DNA of 64,000 bases from the human T2T-CHM13v2.0 reference genome, Homo sapiens (GCF_009914755.1 NC_060947.1), one strand, 5' to 3'; positions 1 through 35,856 are shown, counted from the stretch's first letter. Numbers and translations: made by a program. Notes: generated from the sequence alone by a model not told the origin.

Positions 1-245
1 TGAGCCCAGGAGTTTGAGATCAGCCTAGGCAACATAGTGAGACCCTGTCTCTACAAAAAATTTTAAAAACCAATTAGCCAGACTTGTGGTACATGCCTGT
101 AGTCCCAGCTACTTGGGCGGCTGAGGCGGGAGGATCGCTTGAGCCCAGAAGGTCAGAGGATTCAGTGAGCCAGGTTCATTCCACTGTACTCCAGCCTGAG
201 TGAGAAAGGGAAACCCTATCTCTTAAAAAAAAAAAAAAAAAAAAG
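1..245 (+). mobile_element. Alu (5' part outside the window)
   Basis: Alu right arm and A-tail. Confidence 0.9.
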
Positions 246-485
246 AGAGAGCCTAAAAAGTGTTTCTTATTCTTTACCTGAAGTAAATTTGTCAAAAGAT
301 AATCAGGATGAACTGATTTAAGTATCATTGTAGGCAAAAATGGGCTTGAAGAACTAAAATATTAAAAGTCCCTTAGCCTTCTGAAATTAGATCTTTGTAT
401 AATGTGCTTTGTACTCATAAGTAGTTTTAAGTTTTTGCAGACAATATTTAAAATCTCAAATATATCTAAATTGATAGGATGGGCG

Positions 486-797
<312 letters not shown>

Positions 798-839
798 TTG
801 ATAGGATGAATTGAGGTGGCCAAGGCATCAGTAATAGGT

Positions 840-982
840 GGAAAGAACCCTGGACTAAAATGGGAGACTAGAGTTGCCCCCAGTGACTCTACCTTGAAGT
901 CATTCATTCTCCCTGGGCCTCAGCTTTTTGTTTGTAAAATGAAGGGATTAGATTAGATAATCTTATGACTTCCTTCTAGCTC
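840..982 (+). mobile_element. MIR fragment
   Basis: MIR core-like ctctccctgggcctcagct...tgtaaaatgaagggatt. Confidence 0.6.
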
Positions 983-1130
983 CATCAGGCTATGCCTCTT
1001 GTGAATATTCATATATTGAATTGGAATAAAGCCAATTTATTTTAAATTTATGATTAATTTCACTTTTCAAATGGAAATGATTGCCTCTACCAAAAATAAT
1101 TCTAACTTACAGTTCCTATTTCTGTTACAG

Positions 1131-1173
1131 GTAAGAACTACTGAGAAAACACCATCACTAACTAGAAGAATTG
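1131..1173 (+). CDS. XIAP: XIAP coding exon (43 nt; conventionally exon 5), BIR3-UBA linker VRTTEKTPSLTRRI(D)
   Basis: Branch-like CTAAC (1102-1106), acceptor ttctgttacag|, donor TTG|gtaaat. Translation matches recalled XIAP residues ~353-367. The phase-1 end joins the 8894 exon in frame. Confidence 0.96.
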
Positions 1174-1202
1174 GTAAATATGCTTGTTAACTATCCTTTT
1201 AA

Positions 1203-1519
<317 letters not shown>

Positions 1520-1636
1520 TTTAACTGCCAATTTATTATAGTTGTTATTTATGGGGTGGAAAGATAAGCATGTTCTTCCAAGGTCACCATGATATATTTA
1601 TTTCAGATGACATTACTATAAATTTAAGAATTTAGG

Positions 1637-3395
<1,759 letters not shown>

Positions 3396-3479
3396 AACAT
3401 AAATTCAGCTCCATGACTGCTCCTGCAGAGCAGGGCTACCCACTACGCAGTGAGTGGCATTACTACTATTTAATTGCAG

Positions 3480-5850
<2,371 letters not shown>

Positions 5851-5945
5851 TTGTTTTTAGCAAGTTGAGTTTGAGATACCTGCAGGACATTGAAGTAGGA
5901 GGATAATAAAACCTTGTATAAAGGAGAGTAAGATGTTGCTGGTAG

Positions 5946-7543
<1,598 letters not shown>

Positions 7544-7566
<23 letters not shown>

Positions 7567-7720
7567 TGATTTTATATATATATGATTTTATATATATATG
7601 ATTGTGTATATATATATGATTTTGTATATATATATGATTTTGTATATATATATGATTTTGTATATATATGATTTTGTATATATATATGATTTTGTATATA
7701 TATACACACGCACACATACA
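7544..7720. repeat. AT-rich minisatellite (TA)nTGATTTTG grown from an Alu tail
   Basis: About nine imperfect 14-16 nt units directly after a poly(A) run. Confidence 0.9.
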
Positions 7721-7739
7721 CACATAAAGTGCTTAAAGT

Positions 7740-8320
7740 ACCCTAATCGTAAGTTTTCTACTTGATGAATTTTAACATATATATGTTAAAATATATATTA
7801 AATATGTGTTAAATATATATTAAAATGTATATGTTAAAATATATATATTTATCTGTGTGACTATCCCCCAGATTAAGATATAGAACATTCCCACAACCCT
7901 AGAAAGTTCTTTCATGCTCCTTCCCCATCAGTACCCACCCCCAAGTTATATTCTGGCTTCTATTACCATAGATTAATTTTGTTTATTACCATAGATTAGT
8001 TTTGAAGTTCTTATAAATGGACTCATGCAGTAGGTACTCTTTTGTGTCATAATGATGAATTATGATTATGTTTTGCTCATTATATCTATGAGATCCATCC
8101 ATATTGTCTGTGGCAATAGTTTTTTTTTTTTTTCTTGCTGTGTAGCGTATGAATATACCACAATTTATGTATCTGTTCACCTGATGATGGACATTTGAGT
8201 TGTTTCCAGTTTGGGGCTATTATAAATAACACTACTATGAATACTCTTGTGCATATCTTTGGCAGAGATATACACTCATTTTTAATACCCAAGAGTGGAA
8301 TTGATGAGTCAGAGGGTATA
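7740..8320 (-). mobile_element. Old L1M 3' fragment
   Basis: Minus ORF 8086..8292 resembles the L1 ORF2 end (FIIAPNWKQLKCPS). Confidence 0.75.
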
Positions 8321-8893
8321 AGTGTCCTCTCCTAGCACTTCCCTACACATGCTGTGTTCCTACTTTAAGTATCATAAAAACAAGTTTCCATTGACTTTCT
8401 TGCTTTATTCAGTCCTACCCGCTCTGCTACAGAAACGAAGTTTGAGAGCTAGGAAATTGACACATTCAAGGTTATAGACTGGGACTTCCCTGATTTCCCA
8501 TCATTTTCCCCAAATAATTGCTAGTGACTCAGTAACAACATCCACTCTTTAAGTAACTTAGGTTAATTGTTAATGAGTACAGCTAGATTCAAAACAGTTC
8601 AGATTTTTGAAGCACTTAACCTTTTTCTTGCCTATTTTACCTTGCATCGTTTCAAACACTACAAAATACATACTCATTGCATTTACAATTAATTGTAAGA
8701 TTCTGAAAGTGATTTTTCAGTGCCTGAATACTTCAAAAAATCTTCCCAAAGCAGCTTTGCTTTGCTGGTTTGTTTTTATTCTTTCGCTTGCTCCTTAATT
8801 TTTTCATTTTAACTATATTTTGCTATTGAGTTGTGATAATGAAAATAATTGTTTAAATTCTATGTTCTTTTTCCTCACCAATTTTTATTTCAG

Positions 8894-9094
8894 ATGATAC
8901 CATCTTCCAAAATCCTATGGTACAAGAAGCTATACGAATGGGGTTCAGTTTCAAGGACATTAAGAAAATAATGGAGGAAAAAATTCAGATATCTGGGAGC
9001 AACTATAAATCACTTGAGGTTCTGGTTGCAGATCTAGTGAATGCTCAGAAAGACAGTATGCAAGATGAGTCAAGTCAGACTTCATTACAGAAAG
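8894..9094 (+). CDS. XIAP: XIAP coding exon (201 nt; exon 6), UBA domain [66 protein letters not shown]
   Basis: Acceptor ttttatttcag|AT, donor AAAG|gtatgc; UBA MGF motif; overlaps ORF 8917..9114. Confidence 0.98.
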
Positions 9095-9219
9095 GTATGC
9101 ATTGCTGTTTTTAAAAAGCAAGAAAGGGCCAGATGTGGTGGCTCATACCTGTAATCCCAGCACTTTGGGAGGCTGGGACAGGTGGATATGGACATTTTTT
9201 AAACGTAACCTTAATGCTG

Positions 9220-9555
9220 TGTGTTAGTCTGCTCAAGCTGCTATAATAAAATTCCATAGACTAGGTGTCTTAAACAACAGACTTATTTCTGACAGTTTTG
9301 GAGGCTCCAAAATCAAGGTGCTGGCTGATTTGGTTATTGATGAGGGCCCTCTTCCTACCTTGCAGATGGCTGCCTTCTCACTGTGTCCTCACATGGCATG
9401 GGTTGGGATTGGATGGGACAAGATGGAGCAAGTACTCTGGTCTCTTTTCCTCTACTTTTAGGAACACTAATCCCATCATGGGGGGGTCTCATCTTCATGA
9501 CCTCATCTAAACCTAATTACTTCCCAAAGGCCTCATTTCCAAATATCATTACATT
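9220..9555 (-). mobile_element. MLT1A-like MaLR solo LTR
   Basis: tgtgttagtctgctcaagctgctataataaaattccatagactaggtg...gatggctgccttctcactgtgtcctcacatgg is typical of MLT1. Confidence 0.8.
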
Positions 9556-9587
9556 AATCATGGAAAAAAGATTAAAAATATGAGTTC

Positions 9588-13330
<3,743 letters not shown>

Positions 13331-13469
13331 TGAGCATTTTGCTTTTTACACTATTTTGGGACTGGTTTCTGCCCTGCCCATTAGACCAAGCTTCTTAAGG
13401 GTAAGTGCTTTATCTTCTTATCTCTGATGCATTCCATGTTTGAGCCTATAGTTTTTATTATGCCCAAGA

Positions 13470-15335
13470 GGGTACTTTTTAAGAAGAAAGAGATTAAACA
13501 ATCCTTTCCTCTACCCCCTAGCCAGAGAAACCTTTCTGAGACATAGATGTGATCATATCTGTCTCTAGTTTAAAACCCTTCACTGCCTCCCAGGACCCTT
13601 GGGATCAAGTCCAAACTCCTTTACGTGGCTCGCCTAATCTTTCATGATCAGGCACCCTTTTGTAGCCTCATCTCATGCTATTTTCTCAAATTCTGTGCCC
13701 AAGCTTTGCCTGTGCACTTGTAGGCCACGTTCTGTCTCTCTCCTTGGAGCTTGTTTATGCTGTTTCCTTTGCCTAAAACACTTTTCTCCCATTGCCCTTA
13801 TCCCCCAAGGCCTCCTTCTCCTAGTAAACTCCTAATTCATTCTTTTGTACCCAGTTTTAGGTATAATTTCCTCCAGGAGGCCTTCGTTTATGCATGCATG
13901 CACACACACGCACACACACCCTTCCTGTGCTCTTCATAACACATTGTAATTACCTTTGTCATCATACCATTTATACTTTCCTGTTTGCTTGTGTTCTTTA
14001 CTTGTCTATGAACTATTGGGGGCCTGAGGTTTATGTATTTGTTAATTGTATCCCTAGTACCTAGAACCTAGTTAAGTGTCCAGTAAGTATTTCTTGAATA
14101 AACTATTGTTTTCCAAACATGTTTTCAGAATAGTGTTCAGCAGGATGTTAAAAGGATGCCATGAAAAAGGAACCCCATAGTTAAATAGGGAAATGCCTTG
14201 TACATTTCTAAGAGGGAACATAGACTATACTGTCCTATATTGTACTGTACTGCCCTGTCCTGGATGACAGTGGTTCTCAAACGCCAGTGTGCCCAACCCC
14301 AGAAATTTTAGATTCTGTGAATGGAGCCCAGAAATCCGTGGTTTAAAAATGCCCCAGGTTATTCTCATGTGAGGCCATATTTGGAAACCACTGGTACATA
14401 ATGATTATAAAGATGCTAAAATAAATAAATAGTTGTGATCACAAAGGTATAGTTAAAATATGTAATGCATTTGGAATAGTGCCTAGCACGTACTATTTAT
14501 GCAATATTACTGGTAACTGCTGCTGCTGTTGTCATTATTGTTATATGTGACCATGAAACACATGTTTTGTGGCATATTTATTCACATTTCACAAAACTAT
14601 TTTGGGAAAGGCTGAATTAAGCAAGTACTTCAGTGCCACCTATATGCTGATGACATCCAGATCTCTATCTCTAGCCCTGACTTCTCCTGACCTCAAGATT
14701 TGACTCTTCAGTTGCCTACTGGTTATTTTTATATGGGTGTCCTGAAAACACCTCAAAAATATCTGAAGATCCCAAACCTGTACCTCCTTTTATATTTCTT
14801 ATTGGCATCACCATATCCTTGTCAGCCAAGCTAGCAATCTTGTAATCAACTTTAGTTTGTCTTTCTTCTTCAGCCCTCATATCCAGTCAGTCACCCAATC
14901 CTACTTGTCCCACTTCAGAAGTGTCCCTCAAATCCATCCCTCTATTTCTGGAATTAGTCGTGACCTTTCCATATGCTGCTCCTTTTACCTAACCCTTGTT
15001 TTTCTGCCTGGCAAATGACTGTCCATGCTTAAATGTCACTCCTCCACTTCCCTCCTCCCCCGATCCAGCCACTGCCAACCTGTGAAGCCTTCTCCAACTA
15101 GCCTGAGCAGAAGAACTTGTTTTCTCATCTTGTCCCAGAGCACTTTGTACATAACTTTATTATAGCACTTATCACTTTGTACTTTGTGCTTAACCTCCTA
15201 GCCTCATCTTACATCCTCTCCCACTAGCGTGTGAGCTATTTAAGAGCAGATGCCACGGGTGAGTCATCCTCATATCTCCCGGCACTTGTTGGGTGCTTGG
15301 CACGTAGTAGGGGCTCAATAAATGTTTTCAATGAA
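13470..15335 (+). mobile_element. L2 fragments (two 3' ends) with a MER5A-like MITE at ~14268-14394
   Basis: L2 3' termini (gtgcttggcacgtagtaggggctcaataaatg); cagtggttctcaaa...gaaaccactg terminal inverted repeats (TIRs). Confidence 0.7.
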
Positions 15336-15388
15336 TTTAAACAACTAAGAGAGTCTAAAACTAGCATAATTATTTTCTCTTTTTGCAG

Positions 15389-15582
15389 AGATTAGTACTG
15401 AAGAGCAGCTAAGGCGCCTGCAAGAGGAGAAGCTTTGCAAAATCTGTATGGATAGAAATATTGCTATCGTTTTTGTTCCTTGTGGACATCTAGTCACTTG
15501 TAAACAATGTGCTGAAGCAGTTGACAAGTGTCCCATGTGCTACACAGTCATTACTTTCAAGCAAAAAATTTTTATGTCTTAA
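15389..15582 (+). CDS. XIAP: XIAP last coding exon (exon 7), C3HC4 RING E3 ligase [64 protein letters not shown]
   Basis: Acceptor ttttctctttttgcag|AG; IAP-type RING Cys/His spacing; TAA at 15580-15582. Confidence 0.98.
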
Positions 15583-16189
15583 TCTAACTCTATAGTAGGC
15601 ATGTTATGTTGTTCTTATTACCCTGATTGAATGTGTGATGTGAACTGACTTTAAGTAATCAGGATTGAATTCCATTAGCATTTGCTACCAAGTAGGAAAA
15701 AAAATGTACATGGCAGTGTTTTAGTTGGCAATATAATCTTTGAATTTCTTGATTTTTCAGGGTATTAGCTGTATTATCCATTTTTTTTACTGTTATTTAA
15801 TTGAAACCATAGACTAAGAATAAGAAGCATCATACTATAACTGAACACAATGTGTATTCATAGTATACTGATTTAATTTCTAAGTGTAAGTGAATTAATC
15901 ATCTGGATTTTTTATTCTTTTCAGATAGGCTTAACAAATGGAGCTTTCTGTATATAAATGTGGAGATTAGAGTTAATCTCCCCAATCACATAATTTGTTT
16001 TGTGTGAAAAAGGAATAAATTGTTCCATGCTGGTGGAAAGATAGAGATTGTTTTTAGAGGTTGGTTGTTGTGTTTTAGGATTCTGTCCATTTTCTTTTAA
16101 AGTTATAAACACGTACTTGTGCGAATTATTTTTTTAAAGTGATTTGCCATTTTTGAAAGCGTATTTAATGATAGAATACTATCGAGCCA

Positions 16190-16480
16190 ACATGTACTGA
16201 CATGGAAAGATGTCAAAGATATGTTAAGTGTAAAATGCAAGTGGCAAAACACTATGTATAGTCTGAGCCAGATCAAAGTATGTATGTTTTTAATATGCAT
16301 AGAACAAAAGATTTGGAAAGATATACACCAAACTGTTAAATGTGGTTTCTCTTCGGGGAGGGGGGGATTGGGGGAGGGGCCCCAGAGGGGTTTTATAGGG
16401 GCCTTTTCACTTTCTACTTTTTTCATTTTGTTCTGTTCGAATTTTTTATAAGTATGTATTACTTTTGTAATCAGAATTTT
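16190..16480 (+). mobile_element. Ancient L1ME-like 3' end in the XIAP 3'UTR
   Basis: acatggaaagatgtc...atatacaccaaactgttaa...gtggtt plus G-rich tract, typical of L1ME 3'UTR. Confidence 0.65.
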
Positions 16481-17409
16481 TAGAAAGTATTTTGCTGATT
16501 TAAAGGCTTAGGCATGTTCAAACGCCTGCAAAACTACTTATCACTCAGCTTTAGTTTTTCTAATCCAAGAAGGCAGGGCAGTTAACCTTTTTGGTGCCAA
16601 TGTGAAATGTAAATGATTTTATGTTTTTCCTGCTTTGTGGATGAAAAATATTTCTGAGTGGTAGTTTTTTGACAGGTAGACCATGTCTTATCTTGTTTCA
16701 AAATAAGTATTTCTGATTTTGTAAAATGAAATATAAAATATGTCTCAGATCTTCCAATTAATTAGTAAGGATTCATCCTTAATCCTTGCTAGTTTAAGCC
16801 TGCCTAAGTCACTTTACTAAAAGATCTTTGTTAACTCAGTATTTTAAACATCTGTCAGCTTATGTAGGTAAAAGTAGAAGCATGTTTGTACACTGCTTGT
16901 AGTTATAGTGACAGCTTTCCATGTTGAGATTCTCATATCATCTTGTATCTTAAAGTTTCATGTGAGTTTTTACCGTTAGGATGATTAAGATGTATATAGG
17001 ACAAAATGTTAAGTCTTTCCTCTACCTACATTTGTTTTCTTGGCTAGTAATAGTAGTAGATACTTCTGAAATAAATGTTCTCTCAAGATCCTTAAAACCT
17101 CTTGGAAATTATAAAAATATTGGCAAGAAAAGAAGAATAGTTGTTTAAATATTTTTTAAAAAACACTTGAATAAGAATCAGTAGGGTATAAACTAGAAGT
17201 TTAAAAATGCTTCATAGAACGTCCAGGGTTTACATTACAAGATTCTCACAACAAACCTATTGTAGAGGTGAGTAAGGCATGTTACTACAGAGGAAAGTTT
17301 GAGAGTAAAACTGTAAAAAATTATATTTTTGTTGTACTTTCTAAGAGAAAGAGTATTGTTATGTTCTCCTAACTTCTGTTGATTACTACTTTAAGTGATA
17401 TTCATTTAA

Positions 17410-17750
<341 letters not shown>

Positions 17751-18988
17751 TGAGAGTTTTAAAAATTAAATAATGACTGCCCTGTTTCTGTTTTAGTATG
17801 TAAATCCTCAGTTCTTCACCTTTGCACTGTCTGCCACTTAGTTTGGTTATATAGTCATTAACTTGAATTTGGTCTGTATAGTCTAGACTTTAAATTTAAA
17901 GTTTTCTACAAGGGGAGAAAAGTGTTAAAATTTTTAAAATATGTTTTCCAGGACACTTCACTTCCAAGTCAGGTAGGTAGTTCAATCTAGTTGTTAGCCA
18001 AGGACTCAAGGACTGAATTGTTTTAACATAAGGCTTTTCCTGTTCTGGGAGCCGCACTTCATTAAAATTCTTCTAAAACTTGTATGTTTAGAGTTAAGCA
18101 AGACTTTTTTTCTTCCTCTCCATGAGTTGTGAAATTTAATGCACAACGCTGATGTGGCTAACAAGTTTATTTTAAGAATTGTTTAGAAATGCTGTTGCTT
18201 CAGGTTCTTAAAATCACTCAGCACTCCAACTTCTAATCAAATTTTTGGAGACTTAACAGCATTTGTCTGTGTTTGAACTATAAAAAGCACCGGATCTTTT
18301 CCATCTAATTCCGCAAAAATTGATCATTTGCAAAGTCAAAACTATAGCCATATCCAAATCTTTTCCCCCTCCCAAGAGTTCTCAGTGTCTACATGTAGAC
18401 TATTCCTTTTCTGTATAAAGTTCACTCTAGGATTTCAAGTCACCACTTATTTTACATTTTAGTCATGCAAAGATTCAAGTAGTTTTGCAATAAGTACTTA
18501 TCTTTATTTGTAATAATTTAGTCTGCTGATCAAAAGCATTGTCTTAATTTTTGAGAACTGGTTTTAGCATTTACAAACTAAATTCCAGTTAATTAATTAA
18601 TAGCTTTATATTGCCTTTCCTGCTACATTTGGTTTTTTCCCCTGTCCCTTTGATTACGGGCTAAGGTAGGGTAGAGTGGGTGTAGTGAGTGTATATAATG
18701 TGATTTGGCCCTGTGTATTATGATATTTTGTTATTTTTGTTGTTATATTATTTACATTTCAGTAGTTGTTTTTTGTGTTTCCATTTTAGTGGATAAAATT
18801 TGTATTTTGAACTATGAATGGAGACTACCGCCCCAGCATTAGTTTCACATGATATACCCTTTAAACCCGAATCATTGTTTTATTTCCTGATTACACAGGT
18901 GTTGAATGGGGAAAGGGGCTAGTATATCAGTAGGATATACTATGGGATGTATATATATCATTGCTGTTAGAGAAATGAAATAAAATGG

Positions 18989-19328
<340 letters not shown>

Positions 19329-19556
19329 TCAAATCTACTTGTTAAAAAAAGGGTAGCAGTTTATTCATCTGTGAAAGGAAAATAATACTTATCTTACAAG
19401 GTTGCAAGAGCTCAAGGAGACCATGTATGTAAAGTTCCTGCTGTAAATATGAACTCCCATCCTAATACCCTTTTACCTCTCTGTGGGTTTGTCTTGACCT
19501 GGAAATTTGGGCTAAAACTTAGAAAAAATTCTTACATGATAACTCAGTGATGCTTA

Positions 19557-20090
<534 letters not shown>

Positions 20091-20548
20091 TCAAACCCTT
20101 AAAAATATTTAAATTCTTAAAAAATTGAAAAGATTATTCTTCTCAAATTTAGTTGAGCTTTCTAAGAGAAGCAATTGGCTTTTTCCCACTTCAATAATCA
20201 TTTTCAGTTTGACTCATACAGTTAACACAATGTGAATTTCTTCCTCAGCATAACAGAGTTATAGAATGACAGGGCTGGAAGTGACCTTAGAGAGTATCCA
20301 GTTCTTTCATTTTACAGGTGAGGCAACTGAGACTCAAAGGTGATGTAATTTGTGCAAAGATTATAGCTAATTAGTAGCAGAGCCCTGACTGGGACATAGT
20401 TTGAAGGTGAAAAACTTCACCAAGCTACCTTTCTTGAAAGGTCCAAATGTTTATGTTTTCAACTACTCTTTCCACTGTACCATAACTTTCACTACATATT
20501 AAATGACACTTTATAACTAATATAATAGGACAATCATCAATGCATATA

Positions 20549-21893
<1,345 letters not shown>

Positions 21894-22313
21894 TTAGACA
21901 AATGCTACATTAATGTTTGGGTGGTCAGATTCTACTTTGAATCTGAAGTTTGCAGATATGCCTATAGATTTTTGGAGTTTACCACTTTCTTATTCTGTAT
22001 CATTAATGTAATATTTTAAATTACTATATATGTTACCATTTTTCTGGATTTAGTAAGAAATTTGCAGTTTTGGTTTGATGTAACAAGGGTTTTAATGTAA
22101 TTTATGTTAGATTTTGCATTTTTTTCATTACTGTTATATTTTAACCTGACTGACTGATCTAATTGTATTAGTATTGTGAATAATCATGTGAAATGTTTTG
22201 AGACAGAGTACTATATTTGTGAATATAATTTTATGGTTTTTTTCACTTAGAACCTTTCTGTGTGGAAAACTAAGAAAATTGCTTTCTGCTGTATAATCTG
22301 GCATTCATTGTAG

Positions 22314-22354
22314 ATTAAAGCTTATTTTTCTGTGAATAAAACGTATTCAATAAA
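22314..22354 (+). terminator. Distal polyadenylation signal cluster of XIAP
   Basis: ATTAAA 22314-22319, AATAAA 22335-22340 and AATAAA 22349-22354; U-rich upstream and GU/U-rich downstream (ttgtatttgtttc). Confidence 0.85.
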
Positions 22355-22849
22355 ATACTATTCTTTAAAATTATATCATACTACCTTGTATTTGTTTCAC
22401 TTTCTTAGAAAAAATAAAATCACCCTCTTAAAAATACTGCAATGTAACCTCCTAAATATATCTTATGCCATTGTACGTAGGCGTAAGGTACACATTAGGT
22501 CATGCCATGTTTTAAAAGAAAAGACATCAGTTTTCACATTAATGTATGGAATTCTATAAGTGCATGAAATGTCAATTTTTAAAATGTATATATATATGAA
22601 CAATGGTAACACCACTCCCTCCAAAAAGATATGCCTGGTTGTCTCAGGAGATAGTATACTCACTATAACAGAACTTGAACAGGCAAATAGCAATGAACCT
22701 AAAAAACCACTGCCCCTTTGAGGCAGGCAGCAAGGAAGGATATTTGTGAGTTTGCGGAAGCAACTGCCAGTGAGTTTCAGAAGCTGTGAGCAATCTGGTG
22801 GGATAAAGAATGAGGGAATAAAGAACCTTTGGCAAAAAGAATTTTTTTC

Positions 22850-25187
<2,338 letters not shown>

Positions 25188-25188
25188 C

Positions 25189-25347
25189 TAGTGGTTCTCA
25201 AAAGTGCATCACCTGGGAATTTGTTAGAAATTCAAATTCCTGGGCCCCACCTCAAACCTAGAATCAGAAACTGAAGGTGCAACCCAGCAATCTTTTAATG
25301 AGGTCTCTACGTGGTATAGGTGCCAGCTAAAGTTTGAAAAACACTGG
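25189..25347. mobile_element. MER5A-like hAT MITE
   Basis: tagtggttctcaaa ... agtttgaaaaacactg TIRs. Confidence 0.75.
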
Positions 25348-26061
25348 AATATCATATGGGGTCTGAAACCTATAAATCAAATTGATGTAGATCTCTGCAA
25401 ATGATTATCATCCTCACCTTTCTTACTTTTCCCTATAACTAACTCATTGCTGGCCCAGTGTTGTATTTTCTCATGTTACAAAATATGAAGGCATAAAATA
25501 CAATATCTTGTGAATGCCTTCTGATTCTACTTTTCCAAAAAAACTCTTGCATACACTTTGAACTTTGTAATGGGAATTTTTCTGCAACCCTTTCCCTGCT
25601 GAGTTCAACATAGCCCCACATTGCTCATTGCCATTACACTATCCTCCAGTTAAGCAATGAAAGAGTTATGTATTTGAAGGCTCACTCATTAGTGCTAGCC
25701 CAACAGCAACAAGTTGAGACTGTACAGAACAGACCTGCATTTCTAAAGAGCCAAAGCTTCAGTGCAACATGAGCCTTGAATTTGGAATGCTAGAATTTCA
25801 GAGTTGGAAGAAGTCAGCCTCTCTAATTCATAATAATTAGTAGTTCTGAATTCTTTTTTAGTTCTGAAATTTTAAAAATAATTGTGCCACAAAAGAACCA
25901 AAGAAAACTGGCCGAACACGGTAGCTCATGCCCTCCTCGGCCTCCCAAAGTGCTGGGATTACAGGCGTGAGCCACCTCGCCTGGCCTGGGCCTATACTTG
26001 TTAATTGTAGGCTTATGACTAAATATTGGAAGAATACTGGGTAAAAGTTAATAAGGGTCCC

Positions 26062-26220
26062 TGGAGTGTTTGTGCACCTGTATTTCCAGCTACTCAGAAA
26101 GCTGAAGCAGAAAGATTGCTTGAGCCTGGGAGTTCGAGGCTACAGTACACTATTATTGCTCCTATGAATAGTCACCGTACTCCAGCTTGCGCAACGTAGT
26201 AAGACCCCTTCTCTAAGAAA
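26062..26220 (+). mobile_element. FAM (fossil Alu monomer)
   Basis: Monomer retaining the 7SL-like cctatgaatagtcaccgtactccagc segment. Confidence 0.65.
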
Positions 26221-27101
26221 GAAAACAGAAACAAAGAATAAGAACCCAAGAGAAATCAAAACTGTTATTTTCTTCTTGTAATTTCCCAGAACTTAAATTT
26301 GCGAAGAAAGACTAGGATATAATAAATTGAGATATGTATTTAAACAATGATCTAGCTTCAAAATTTAATTTTTCTTACAATAGACCTTACTGTTCCAAAA
26401 ATATATTTTACATACAAAATTATTAATGTCTATTTGTTATGTGAACTTTTATTTTGAGAGTCAGTTTTCTTTGTGTGTGTGTTGTTTATTTTTTATTTTT
26501 TCAGATAAGTGACTTGGAAATGTTTCTTTAGCTTTTTCCTGTTACTAGGTACTGAGGATTTCTTTTTTAATTCCATTAGCTTATATAAGGGGCTTTGCAT
26601 TTTTGGCTAAGGCATAAAAAGTGTATTTTCTCGTTGAATACTGGAATTTTGTTTGGCAGAGATTAGGCTCTGCTTCTGCCAGATTACTGACAATTATGTT
26701 GAGGAAGAAAGGCAAACACATGAGTATGTTCATGAACACCTAACTGTTGTTTCAGGGAAACTAGGATTAAAAACAAAAGAAAGACTCCAAATCTCCTCCC
26801 ATAAAATTAATCTTCTGAAGTTGAGAAAAACTTGCTAAAAATCATTTTATTTTTCATTAAACAAACATTACACATGGATTTCTTAGTAGAAATTTAACAA
26901 AGGTCTGTGTTAATCATTAAGTAAAGAGAATGATCTAACAAATCTGGAAAAACCTGTTTTTCTTTCAACTAGATTTTGTTGTTGTTGTTGTTATTTGATT
27001 ACTAAAAAGAATGTACTCTATGCTGTACCGTTCTTGGTTTTCTGTTATAAATTTTTAGATACATTAGATTTTTATGTGATCCATAATAACTAAGTGAAAA
27101 A

Positions 27102-35856
<8,755 letters not shown>

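Noticed and set aside
15317-15322. AATAAA just upstream of the last XIAP acceptor
   Set aside because: Part of the ordinary L2 3' terminus; no further support for use.
26062-26220. 7SL-like sequence as an ncRNA gene (also ~43557-43707)
   Set aside because: Diverged fossil Alu monomers lacking the 7SL S-domain.
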